A DNA stretch of 64,000 nt from assembly GCA_963820525.1 (NCBI GenBank), contig CAWGAA010000001.1, positions 2,944,001-3,008,000 on the forward strand. The letters are read 5' to 3'. Source of the stretch: an uncultured Spirochaetota bacterium (GTDB lineage: Bacteria; Spirochaetota; Spirochaetia; SZUA-6; Fen-1364). Positions 10,881 to 19,617 of the stretch are shown piece after piece; within the stretch, counting starts at the first letter, position 1, and every line of letters begins with the position of its first letter. Under the pieces are notes generated by a model, which searched no databases, was not told the DNA's origin, and saw only the letters and a list, made by a program, of their open reading frames with translations. The position numbers and the translations under genes were made by a program.

Positions 10881-12323
10881 ATGAAGACGGTGAACACGCC
10901 GGTCACTTTTGCTTTAATGGTGGGAACCCGGGGGTTCTTCAACGCGCAGCTTGCCCGTGAAGGGCGGACCGACATTCTGAAGCGTCTGGCCGAGCTGGGG
11001 TACCGAAGTGTGATACTGCCCGAGGGTGCGACGGCGAGCGGAGCGGTGGAAAGCTACGCGGATGCGATGACATGCGCAGAACTCTTCCAAAAACGGCGGG
11101 AGGACATCGACGGAGTGCTTGTAGTCCTCCCCAACTTTGGGGACGAAGTCGCTATTGCGAGCGCTCTCAACCTGGCGAAGCTCGATGTCCCCGTGCTCGT
11201 CATCGCCTGCGACGACGAAGTCGACAAGGTCGATCTCAACCACCGGCGAGACGCCTTCTGCGGCAAGATCTCCGTCTGCAACAATCTCTACCAGTACGGG
11301 ATACCCTTCACCGACACTACGTACCACACCTATTCGCTCGCTGGGCAGGAACTGGCGGACGACCTGCGTTCCTTTGCGGCTGTCTGCCGCACGGTCCGGG
11401 GGTTGCGTTCGGCGCGCATCGGCGCCATCGGCGCGAGGCCGGCCGCCTTCCAGACCATGAGGGCGAGCGAGAAGCTTCTCCAGGCCACAGGCATCACCGT
11501 GGTTCCTGTGGATCTCTCGGAGATACTATCGGCGGCGCAGAAGATGGGAGATTCGCCTGAGCTCGCGTCGCGGCTCAAAGAGATCGGCGATTATGGCCGG
11601 ATTCCCTCTTCAATCGTGAGGGAGAACCTCACGAAGCAGGCCAAGCTGGGGCTCGCCATCGAGGCGTGGATGGAAAAGAACCTGCTGGACGCCGCGGCGG
11701 TCCAGTGTTGGTCCTCGATACAGGAGAACTATGGTTGTGCGACCTGTCTCACGATGAGCATGTTAGGGGAGAAGCTGATGCCGGCCGCATGCGAGGTCGA
11801 CATCGCCGGCGTCATCTCGATGTACGGCCTCGTTCTGGCGAGTGGCAGCGCGTCCGCGATCCTCGACTGGAACAACAACTACGGGGCGGATCGCGATATG
11901 TGCGTCTGCACGCATTGCAGCAATTACCCGAAGAGCTTCATGGGCAACGAGATTGAGATATCAAACCTCGACATTCTTGGCAAGTCGCTCGGACCCGACC
12001 GCTGCTTTGGCGCGATCAAGGGGCGAGTCGCCCCCGGTCACATGACCTACTTCCGCCTCTCAACCGATGACCGTCGGGGAAAGATCAAGATGTACACGGG
12101 CGAGGGCGACTTCACCGATGATCCTTTCCCGATGGACGGCGGCATTGCTGTGACGCGCGTCAAAGACCTTCAGGCTCTCATGAAGTACATTGTAAAGAAT
12201 GGGTTCGAACATCACGTCGCGATGGTCAGGGGGAGCGTCGCGGCCGACCTCGCGGAGGCATGCGGCACCTACCTCGGTTGGGAGGTCTATCACCACGGCA
12301 AGGCGGCGCAGGCAGGGGATTGA
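10881..12323 (+). CDS. L-fucose/L-arabinose isomerase-family protein
   Basis: Motifs 'PNFGDE', 'RRDAFCGKISVCNNL', 'AVQCW', 'ACEVD', 'GFEHH'. GGAGGT SD present. Confidence 0.9.
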   Translation: MKTVNTPVTFALMVGTRGFFNAQLAREGRTDILKRLAELGYRSVILPEGATASGAVESYADAMTCAELFQKRREDIDGVLVVLPNFGDEVAIASALNLAKLDVPVLVIACDDEVDKVDLNHRRDAFCGKISVCNNLYQYGIPFTDTTYHTYSLAGQELADDLRSFAAVCRTVRGLRSARIGAIGARPAAFQTMRASEKLLQATGITVVPVDLSEILSAAQKMGDSPELASRLKEIGDYGRIPSSIVRENLTKQAKLGLAIEAWMEKNLLDAAAVQCWSSIQENYGCATCLTMSMLGEKLMPAACEVDIAGVISMYGLVLASGSASAILDWNNNYGADRDMCVCTHCSNYPKSFMGNEIEISNLDILGKSLGPDRCFGAIKGRVAPGHMTYFRLSTDDRRGKIKMYTGEGDFTDDPFPMDGGIAVTRVKDLQALMKYIVKNGFEHHVAMVRGSVAADLAEACGTYLGWEVYHHGKAAQAGD

Positions 12324-12650
12324 ACGATTCCCTCCTGCTCGAGATCCTTGAACAGGACAGTGGCGAAGTGCGCACCCGCTGTCACAGGAATCATGGCGCG
12401 GGATGCGGCGTCGAACTCCCTTTCAGGGCCGAACCGGTTCGAATTGATTCAATGACAGCCTGCCTTCGCGATGCTTGCCGTGACAGCATAGTAGATTCTT
12501 CGGTTCCGCCTGGTTGTGGGCCTGGATCGAGTAGGGTGTTTCAGGCGTTCCATGCAACCCTCCCCTCTTTACTCTCTATGTCAGAGTTGAGCTACATGGA
12601 AGCGCCCGTTTTCGGGTGGCTTCTATTTCCCTGCAACGCAGATACTTACA

Positions 12651-12692
12651 TGGGCGATACAAGATTTGAACTTGTGACTTCTACCGTGTGAA
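12651..12692 (-). repeat. 42-bp duplicate of the tRNA-Val 3' half (att-like direct repeat)
   Basis: TGGGCGATACAAGATTTGAACTTGTGACTTCTACCGTGTGAA is identical to 15218-15259. Confidence 0.97.
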
Positions 12693-12983
12693 TGTACGAC
12701 TCGGCAAAAAACACTCTTTTTCTGCATATACAGAAATATATCCAGAAAGGAATTATGTCCCGAGGGGAATGAAAAAGAACCGCTCGCAGCAGTCGAATCC
12801 GCCTTCCAATACGATGGTATGCCAGTGCGGGTTCCAAGTCACGTCCTGGCGGCGCATTACACACCTCCCGGGGTAATCCGCAAGAACGATTGGGTTCCCG
12901 CTTTCTTAATCGTACTATTGGAACGCGCAGTTTTTCCATGCAATCGACCACATATGTCTCTCTATCTGGAGGCGGTCTGTTCA

Positions 12984-13011
12984 TTGACAAGTATCCAAAG
13001 CGCAATATCAT
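12984..13011 (+). promoter_or_regulatory. Promoter of the RCC1 lipoprotein gene
   Basis: TTGACA-16 nt-TATCAT, with an AGGAGG SD before ATG 13042. Confidence 0.6.
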
Positions 13012-13041
13012 TCCCCTATTATCAAGTTTCAGGAGGAATCC

Positions 13042-15030
13042 ATGAAAAAAAAGCGTCGTTTCTCATGGGGACTTCTCGTCCTCGGTTTCTGCCTTACGGC
13101 GATCAGCGGATGTATCCCTCCGACGGGTCCCTGGGACATCCCGAGCGGCGACGGCTCAGTGGTCTTGAGCTTCTCTGATGCTCGGGCAAAAACAATTGTG
13201 CCCACCGTCAGCCTGGACATTGCAACTTACGACATCAGCTTCACTCGCACCGGCCAGCCCACCGTCACCCTCAACGGCGTCCCCGGCGCAACAACCCAGA
13301 CCCAGCCTGTCTATCTCAAGCCAGGCCCCTGGACCGTTACAGCGAAAGCCAAGAACGCCTCGGGGGACATCATCGGAGTGGGGACAACAAATGTCACGGT
13401 GAACGCGGGACATACCACAACCGCCACCATCACCATCCTGTCTCTTGTGGGTGACGGTACACTGACGTTGAGCGCCACTACCAGCGAGCTTGTAATGAGC
13501 TCTCCCTCCGTGGCGGGGACCCTCACCCCCGGCACAGGAACATCTCCTATTGCGTTGAGCTTCACCATGGGCTCAGGCACTGCCGGCTACAGCGGCTCGG
13601 TGGCCGCGGGGACCTACCTCTTGCAGCTTGAGCTATGGGACGGCTCGGTGAAGCTTGCCAGCTACGTGGACGCGCTTCTTATAGTGGCGAACTTTCCCAC
13701 ATCGGCCTCTTTAGCCTTCAAGCCCAAGAACGGCTCGGTGATCGTTGAGCTTGTGGACCAGCTCACGCGGGCCATCCCCATCACTTTGAGTGGGGCGCAG
13801 TCTACCCTCCGCGCTGGATCCACGATGACGGTAACCGCTACCCCAGCGGTGTCTGTGGACAGTTACCAGTGGTACCTGGATGGGGAGGCGATCAGCGGTG
13901 CGACGACGAACGAGGTGACGGTGGGATCGGGATTGGATGAGGGGGAGTACACGCTGACCGTGGTGGTGAAGAAGGGCTCGGTGTACAGCTCAGAGAGTGC
14001 AGGATTTACAGTGACGGCAGCAGGGGACATTCAAGCCCTCTCGGCGGGAAGCGGCTACACCATGATCGTGAAGACCGACGGCTCCCTCTGGGCCTGCGGT
14101 CGGAACAATTATGGTCAGCTCGGCGACGGAACTAATACCAATCGATCCGCTCCTGTCCAGGTGATGACCGGCGTGGCTTCCGTTTCGGCGGGAGGTACGC
14201 ACACCATGATCCTGAATGCCGATGGCTCGCTCTGGGCTTGCGGGTACAACGAGTACGGCCAGCTCGGCGATGGCACCACCACTGGCCAATCTACTCCTGT
14301 GCAGATAATGACCGGCGTGGCTTCCGTCTCGGTGGGAATTGAGCACACCATGATTCTCAAGACCGACGGCTCCCTTTGGGCTTGCGGGTGGAACTATTAC
14401 GGCCAGCTCGGCGATGGCACCACCACGAATCAATCTACTCCTGTGTCGATAATGACAGGCGTGGCCTCCGTCTCGGCGGGAGCTTACTACACCATGATCC
14501 TGAAGACCGACGGTTCCCTCTGGGCTTGCGGAGCAAACTATTATGGCCAGCTCGGCGATGGCACTACAATCAATCGATCCACCCCCGTCCAGGTGATAAC
14601 CGGCGTGTCCTTCGTTTCGGCGGGAGGTGCACATACCATGATCATGAAAACCGACGGAACCCTCTGGGCTTTCGGGTTTAACTATTACGGCCAGCTTGGT
14701 GACGGCACCACGACGGAACGTCACTCTCCTGTCCAGGTCATGACCGGCATGGCTTCGGCAGGATACGGTCATACAGTGATCTTGAAGACCGACGGCTCCC
14801 TCTGGGCTTGCGGATTTAACGGGACAGGCCAGCTGGGCGATGGCACTATAACCAATCGATCCACCCCCGTTCAGATCATGACCGGCGTATCCTTCGTTTC
14901 GGCGGGAGGTGCACATACCATGATCATGAAGACCGACGGAACTCTCTGGGCTTGCGGGGATAACCTGTGGGGCGAGCTCGGCGACGGTACCACCACGCAG
15001 CGGCAATTACCGGTGCAGATTTCATTCTAA
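13042..15030 (+). CDS. Lipoprotein with Ig-like beta domains and a C-terminal 7-repeat RCC1/BLIP-II beta-propeller
   Basis: Signal MKKKRRF...AISGC, a Thr/Val-rich beta region, and seven ~48-aa repeats '[31 protein letters not shown]'. Confidence 0.92.
   Translation: MKKKRRFSWGLLVLGFCLTAISGCIPPTGPWDIPSGDGSVVLSFSDARAKTIVPTVSLDIATYDISFTRTGQPTVTLNGVPGATTQTQPVYLKPGPWTVTAKAKNASGDIIGVGTTNVTVNAGHTTTATITILSLVGDGTLTLSATTSELVMSSPSVAGTLTPGTGTSPIALSFTMGSGTAGYSGSVAAGTYLLQLELWDGSVKLASYVDALLIVANFPTSASLAFKPKNGSVIVELVDQLTRAIPITLSGAQSTLRAGSTMTVTATPAVSVDSYQWYLDGEAISGATTNEVTVGSGLDEGEYTLTVVVKKGSVYSSESAGFTVTAAGDIQALSAGSGYTMIVKTDGSLWACGRNNYGQLGDGTNTNRSAPVQVMTGVASVSAGGTHTMILNADGSLWACGYNEYGQLGDGTTTGQSTPVQIMTGVASVSVGIEHTMILKTDGSLWACGWNYYGQLGDGTTTNQSTPVSIMTGVASVSAGAYYTMILKTDGSLWACGANYYGQLGDGTTINRSTPVQVITGVSFVSAGGAHTMIMKTDGTLWAFGFNYYGQLGDGTTTERHSPVQVMTGMASAGYGHTVILKTDGSLWACGFNGTGQLGDGTITNRSTPVQIMTGVSFVSAGGAHTMIMKTDGTLWACGDNLWGELGDGTTTQRQLPVQISF
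14029..15027 (+). repeat. Seven intragenic ~144-bp RCC1 repeats
   Basis: Periodic DNA and protein repeats. Repeat 6 is 2 codons short. 14608-14648 equals 14890-14930 (41 bp identical). Confidence 0.95.
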
Positions 15031-15040
15031 CGGACAGTAT

Positions 15041-15073
15041 GCGCCCCGCCGCGCCGGAAAGGCGACGGGGCGC
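15041..15073 (+). terminator. GC-rich hairpin after the RCC1 gene
   Basis: GCGCCCCG...CGGGGCGC stem with a weak U tract. Confidence 0.5.
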
Positions 15074-15217
15074 CCCTATTCTCCACTCACTTCAGCGGCA
15101 TCGGGATCCGCGCGGAGGGGTCGGCCGTCGAGCTGTCGGTGACTATTCTATGCCCGCCATTGGGCGTCGTCAGGCGATTTCGCGTTCCGCATAATCGATT
15201 TTGAGTGCTATAGTGTT

Positions 15218-15289
15218 TGGGCGATACAAGATTTGAACTTGTGACTTCTACCGTGTGAAGGTAGCACTCTCCCACTGAGTTAATCGCCC
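15218..15289 (-). tRNA. tRNA-Val(CAC)
   Basis: Reverse complement GGGCGATTAACTCAGTGGGAGAGTGCTACCTTCACACGGTAGAAGTCACAAGTTCAAATCTTGTATCGCCCA forms a cloverleaf with anticodon CAC. CCA is not encoded. Confidence 0.97.
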
Positions 15290-15332
15290 CGGTGCAGCCT
15301 TTGGCGGCTCCTTGTCGCCGCAAGGCGAGGCT

Positions 15333-15362
15333 AATCTACAACCTTCGGTTTACTTTTGTCAA
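15333..15362 (-). promoter_or_regulatory. Promoter of tRNA-Val
   Basis: TTGACA-18 nt-TAGATT on the minus strand. Confidence 0.6.
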
Positions 15363-15611
15363 TTGCGCGCAAGCGGCACATCCAGGCCTCGGCCGCCGGA
15401 CGCATACCGCTGAACGCGCTTGGCGCGCCGAAAGCTTGCTTTCTTGGTATATTAAAACTTGAGTATTTAGTTCACGAAAGTATACAAAACAACATACTCG
15501 GAGGACGCGGTCAAAATGGCAGGTTTATCTGTTTATCCCATAAAGATATATTTCAGGTCCGTCTGATGCCGGATTGGTACCATTCTTGCATTGATTATAG
15601 CCGCAACAACT

Positions 15612-16256
15612 ATGGACGCACAGAACATGATTTCGATTGGCTACTATGAAAAAGACAGGGTAAAGGTTAGCGCGCTTGTCCAGCGGTTTCCAGGAGAGGT
15701 CGTTCGGAAGAGCCTTCATCTTCTCATCGCCCTCGTGCCCCCGCTTGCATCGCTGAATCTTCCTTTTACCCTCTTTCTCCTCGCGTTCGGCGTGGTGTTC
15801 TATTCATTTGCCGAAGCTTCCCGTCAGTCGGGCAGGCCGGTATTCATTGTCGGAGATCTCACTCTGATCGCCTCCCGTGATAGGGATAATGGGAAGTTCG
15901 TGCTCGGCCCCATCACCCTCGGGCTGGGTGCCATGCTGGCCCTTTCTCTCTACCCAAGCCCCGCTTCCAGCATCGCGATCTACGCCCTCGCCTTCGGGGA
16001 CGGTTTCGCCAGCCTTGCCGGTACAATGCTCGGAGGGCCCAAGGTTCCCTACCTCCACGGAAAGACTTTTTCCGGCAGCATTGCCTGCTTCTTCGCCGTG
16101 TTTTTTACCACCATGGCCCTGACGTCCCGGCCTCTCCAATCCTTCTGCATCGCCGCCGTGGCTACCGTGCTGGAAGCCCTTCCCGTGGGCAACTACGACA
16201 ACCTCGTCATCCCATTCGGCGTCGGTCTTGCGGCGACCCGCCTTCTCATCGGATAG
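15612..16256 (+). CDS. Dolichol/phytol-kinase (SEC59/CTP-transferase)-like membrane protein
   Basis: Motifs 'EVVRKSLH', 'ALAFGDGFASLAG', 'GKTFSGS', 'DNLVIP'. Start uncertain. Confidence 0.85.
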   Translation: MDAQNMISIGYYEKDRVKVSALVQRFPGEVVRKSLHLLIALVPPLASLNLPFTLFLLAFGVVFYSFAEASRQSGRPVFIVGDLTLIASRDRDNGKFVLGPITLGLGAMLALSLYPSPASSIAIYALAFGDGFASLAGTMLGGPKVPYLHGKTFSGSIACFFAVFFTTMALTSRPLQSFCIAAVATVLEALPVGNYDNLVIPFGVGLAATRLLIG

Positions 16257-16271
16257 GCCATTCGTCGTCAC

Positions 16272-16820
16272 ATGACGCCCATCCAGGAGTATGGCAGGCT
16301 TCTCTATGAGGTCGAAGGTGCCCTCTCGCGCCTGACCCGGCTTGCCGATGTTCCTCTTCGATGCTCCCGGGGCTGCGCAAAATGCTGCACGCCGATCACG
16401 ATTCTTCCCATCGAAGCCTATGCCATTCTCGGCGCCTCGGCCGGCCGCGGTGAAGGAGCGGCCTTCGAAGAGGGCCGCTGTCCCCTGCTCACGCCTGAGC
16501 TTCTCTGCGGCGTGTACCAGGCCAGGCCGCTGATATGCCGGGTTCGCGGGTTTCCCGTTTTTTTCCTCGACGCCGAAGGCAAACCTTCCCGGGAAGCGTG
16601 CGGATGCACCAGCTTCCCCACGGCGCCGGCTGAGGGTTCCGCTGTCCACCTGGAGCTGTGGAACGCCAGGCTGTATCACATCAATGTCCGCTTTTGCATG
16701 GAATCGGGAATCGAGCTCGGAAGAATCCCCATCGCCGACCTTTCCCGGCTCGCCGGCTCGTGGCTCCGTCTCTCGGAGGAAAGCATGCGCGCCGCCTACC
16801 CTCTCCCGGTCTCCCTGTAG
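16272..16820 (+). CDS. YkgJ-family CxxxCxxCC cysteine-cluster protein
   Basis: Motifs 'CSRGCAKCC', 'CPLL...CGVYQARPLICR'. Confidence 0.85.
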   Translation: MTPIQEYGRLLYEVEGALSRLTRLADVPLRCSRGCAKCCTPITILPIEAYAILGASAGRGEGAAFEEGRCPLLTPELLCGVYQARPLICRVRGFPVFFLDAEGKPSREACGCTSFPTAPAEGSAVHLELWNARLYHINVRFCMESGIELGRIPIADLSRLAGSWLRLSEESMRAAYPLPVSL

Positions 16821-17638
16821 AGCCGCGAGAAAACCGCCAGAAAAAGCCCGACCCCGCCCTCGATTAGGAGAGCCCCGGCGACAAGGAGCAATGGCGGAGC
16901 GGAGAAAGAGAGGATCTGTCTCCCGATGAACAGGAGGGCCGAGGCGGCGGCCAGGATGTAATATGCCTTGGCCTTGGTCACCGCGGCGCCGATCAGGCTC
17001 ATCGTGCCCAGGAGCCCCAATACAATCTCCGCAAACCGGGTCCCCTGCTCGTCACCGAGCTTCAGCGTGAGGGAAGAGAGGAAGACCGTGGAATCCACGG
17101 GCAGATACGCGGCAAAGGATATTGTCAGGAGGAAAAGGATCGCGAACAGCACCGCGGACCTCTGATACTTCATCTCCAGGGCGAACAGACCCACAAACAG
17201 AAGAGAAAGCTCCCCCGCAAAGCGTGCGCCATAGACGGCGCGCGACAGAATGATGACCGCCGACATCGACCCGTTGGTGGCGTAGAGGAGCCCCAATGGT
17301 CCGCGCAAGCTCTCCAGGCAAAGGGTGAAAAGGTAGCCGATGAAGAAGGCGAGCATGGGCGAGGGGGAGCGGAGGGAGATCGCGCGAGCGGTGATGGACC
17401 CCAGCGCCGCCAGAAGCGAAACCACGCCCGCCGTCCCGAGCGCCCACAAGGGAGCGGCGGCTTCCCCCCCCTCGCGGTAGGAGAACCACCAGGGATGCCG
17501 GGCAAGACCGGCAACGGCTTGTGCGCTCTGAGCGGAGAGGAGCATGAGCGCGAGCGATATTCCCGCAATGACCGTCACGAGCAGGGAAACAGCCAATCCC
17601 GCGAAGTAGGCCGTGTCCCGCAGGGGGGGAAGCCTCAT
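16796..17638 (-). CDS. Hypothetical polytopic membrane protein
   Basis: About 8 hydrophobic segments. Best ORF between YkgJ and aroF. Confidence 0.75.
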   Translation of the reverse strand: MRLPPLRDTAYFAGLAVSLLVTVIAGISLALMLLSAQSAQAVAGLARHPWWFSYREGGEAAAPLWALGTAGVVSLLAALGSITARAISLRSPSPMLAFFIGYLFTLCLESLRGPLGLLYATNGSMSAVIILSRAVYGARFAGELSLLFVGLFALEMKYQRSAVLFAILFLLTISFAAYLPVDSTVFLSSLTLKLGDEQGTRFAEIVLGLLGTMSLIGAAVTKAKAYYILAAASALLFIGRQILSFSAPPLLLVAGALLIEGGVGLFLAVFSRLYRETGRG

Positions 17639-17757
17639 GACTTGTATGTAGCATGAGGAGGGGCAGAAGGTCAAAACGCGAGGCACGAAAGGTGCGGCCG
17701 ACGCGGCCGAGCCGCCGCAGAGTTGACAGGGGAAGGGGCATCTGGTTAAGTCCTTTC

Positions 17758-18774
17758 ATGATTCTCATTTTCCGCAAGGATGTAACTGAAGAAGAAATAC
17801 AGAGCGCGCTGCGCAAGATCGAATCTCTGGGATATACCCCGCACCTGAGCCGGGGCGCGGTGAAGACGATCTGCGGAGTCACCGGAGACGACCGCGCTCT
17901 GGCCGAATCCGAGTTCGACCAGCTGCCCGGCGTGGAGAGCGTCCTGCGGGTGCTCAAGCCATACAAGCTCGCCTCCCGCGAGTTCCATCCCGATTCATCC
18001 ATCGTACGGGTAAACGGCGTCGGCATCGGGCCCGGCAACTTCGTCGTGATCGCGGGGCCGTGCTCCGTGGAGAGCGAGGAGCAGGCGGAAACCGTCGCTT
18101 CCCTCCTGGGCCGGCTCGGCTTGAAGTTCATCCGCGGAGGGGCGTTCAAGCCCCGCTCCTCGCCCTATGCGTTCCAGGGCCTGGGGGAAAAGGGGCTGGA
18201 GATCTTGAGCGGCGCCGCCAAGCGCCACGGGCTGGGGGTGGTCACGGAGATCCTCTCGGAGCACGACGTGGATCTCGTCGGCCGCTACGCCGACATCTTC
18301 CAGATCGGCGCGCGAAACATGCAGAACTTCGCGCTGCTTCGCGCATTGGGAGAGATCCAGAAGCCCGTGTTGTTGAAGAGGAGCATGATGGGGACCATCG
18401 AGGAGATGCTCCTCTCTGCGGAGTACATCATGAAGGGCGGAAACTCCCAGGTCGTGCTCTGCGAGCGCGGGATCCGGACCTTCGAGACCGAGACGCGAAA
18501 CACCCTGGATATCGGCGCCGTCCCGGTTGCCAAGAGACTCAGCCACCTGCCCATCGTGGTGGACCCCAGCCATGCAATGGGGGATTGGCACTACGTTCCC
18601 GCGGCCTCCCTGGCCGCAATGGCCGCGGGAGGGGACGGGATCCTCGTGGAAATCCACCCGGACCCCGCGCGCGCGAAATCCGACGGCAAGCAGAGCCTCA
18701 ACCTCGCTCACTTCGAGAGTCTCCTGGAGCGCCTGCGGAGGCTCTCCGTCGCCCTGGAAGTGACTCTCGTGTAG
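17758..18774 (+). CDS. aroF: DAHP synthase type I-beta with N-terminal regulatory domain
   Basis: Motifs 'IAGPCSVES', 'RGGAFKPRSSPYAFQG', 'QIGARNMQNF', 'CERGIRTFE', 'VDPSH'. Confidence 0.96.
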   Translation: MILIFRKDVTEEEIQSALRKIESLGYTPHLSRGAVKTICGVTGDDRALAESEFDQLPGVESVLRVLKPYKLASREFHPDSSIVRVNGVGIGPGNFVVIAGPCSVESEEQAETVASLLGRLGLKFIRGGAFKPRSSPYAFQGLGEKGLEILSGAAKRHGLGVVTEILSEHDVDLVGRYADIFQIGARNMQNFALLRALGEIQKPVLLKRSMMGTIEEMLLSAEYIMKGGNSQVVLCERGIRTFETETRNTLDIGAVPVAKRLSHLPIVVDPSHAMGDWHYVPAASLAAMAAGGDGILVEIHPDPARAKSDGKQSLNLAHFESLLERLRRLSVALEVTLV

Positions 18775-18873
18775 GCGTTCGGCGGCGGCAGGGCCTGTTT
18801 CACGCGCTGCGGGCGCTTGAAATTCGCCCTATAGGATTCTCTGGGAAGTACGATACTGTTACTAGGAGAATCT

Positions 18874-19566
18874 ATGGCAAAAAGGCTAGTCCTCGTCGGG
18901 ATACTCTCGGCCCTCGCCGCTTCGGCGGCGCTCGCCGGGGATGTCGCGACGTTCGTCAACCTCGGCTTTTCGGAGGATTCCCGCTATTTCATGTTCGCCC
19001 AATTCGGGGTGCTGGAGAAAAGCTCCACCCCCTATGCCGATTCGTTCGTGGTCGACGTTCGGGCCAACAGCTTTGTGAGTCAGGGGGTGCGGAAGGTCGC
19101 CTATACGAAGTCAGTGGAGCCCGGCAACAACGGCGAGGGGGCCCTGTTCAACCTCGTGGGAGATTCCACCGCCCTCACGCGGCAGTACCGCATCAACCAT
19201 CTCCTCTCCGGCAGGCTCTTGTATCTCCTCGTGGACGGCGGGGAGGCGATCGATTCGCTGGAGTTTCGCGATTTTCTTACGGCAAGCTCGTACAAGGTGG
19301 ACCTTCTTCAAAACGCCACGGAGAAGGGCAGCGATGCCGTCTCCTCCTACCACATCCAGCTCACCGTCACGCAGAAGGACGGCACGACCCATTCACTCGA
19401 CATCGGCAATCCCCGCATCCAGCGCTCCGGGGTCAAGAGCTACCATATCAAGCAGATCATCCTCGCCCCCGATGGCGAGTCCCTCGTGTTCGTGATCCAG
19501 CGCGCCGAGCAGGACACGCACGGCAGCAATATCCGCTACATGGTGGAAACGGCAAAAGTGAATTGA
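18874..19566 (+). CDS. DUF2259-like secreted protein
   Basis: Signal peptide followed by 'GDVATFVNLGFSEDSRYFMFAQFG', ending 'IRYMVET'. Confidence 0.75.
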   Translation: MAKRLVLVGILSALAASAALAGDVATFVNLGFSEDSRYFMFAQFGVLEKSSTPYADSFVVDVRANSFVSQGVRKVAYTKSVEPGNNGEGALFNLVGDSTALTRQYRINHLLSGRLLYLLVDGGEAIDSLEFRDFLTASSYKVDLLQNATEKGSDAVSSYHIQLTVTQKDGTTHSLDIGNPRIQRSGVKSYHIKQIILAPDGESLVFVIQRAEQDTHGSNIRYMVETAKVN

Positions 19567-19617
19567 CTCCGGGCCTTCGAATCGGTGCGGCCCAGCCACA
19601 GCGCTGAGCCGTCACTC

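Larger units (their letters stand above)
12651..15259. mobile_element. tRNA-Val-integrated islet (~2.5 kb) without integrase
   Basis: Bounded by the 42-bp tRNA repeat. Contains one large ORF and an AT-richer left flank. Confidence 0.75.

Noticed and set aside
12651..12692. Second tRNA-Val gene
   Set aside because: Only the 3' 42 nt are present; the D arm and 5' acceptor strand are missing.
14029..15027. Periodic repeats as a CRISPR array
   Set aside because: They are in-frame ~144-bp coding repeats without unique spacers, and no cas genes are present.
13042..15073. RCC1 gene as a diversity-generating retroelement target (variable codons, 3' hairpin)
   Set aside because: No reverse transcriptase or template repeat in the window, and differences between repeats are not adenine-specific.
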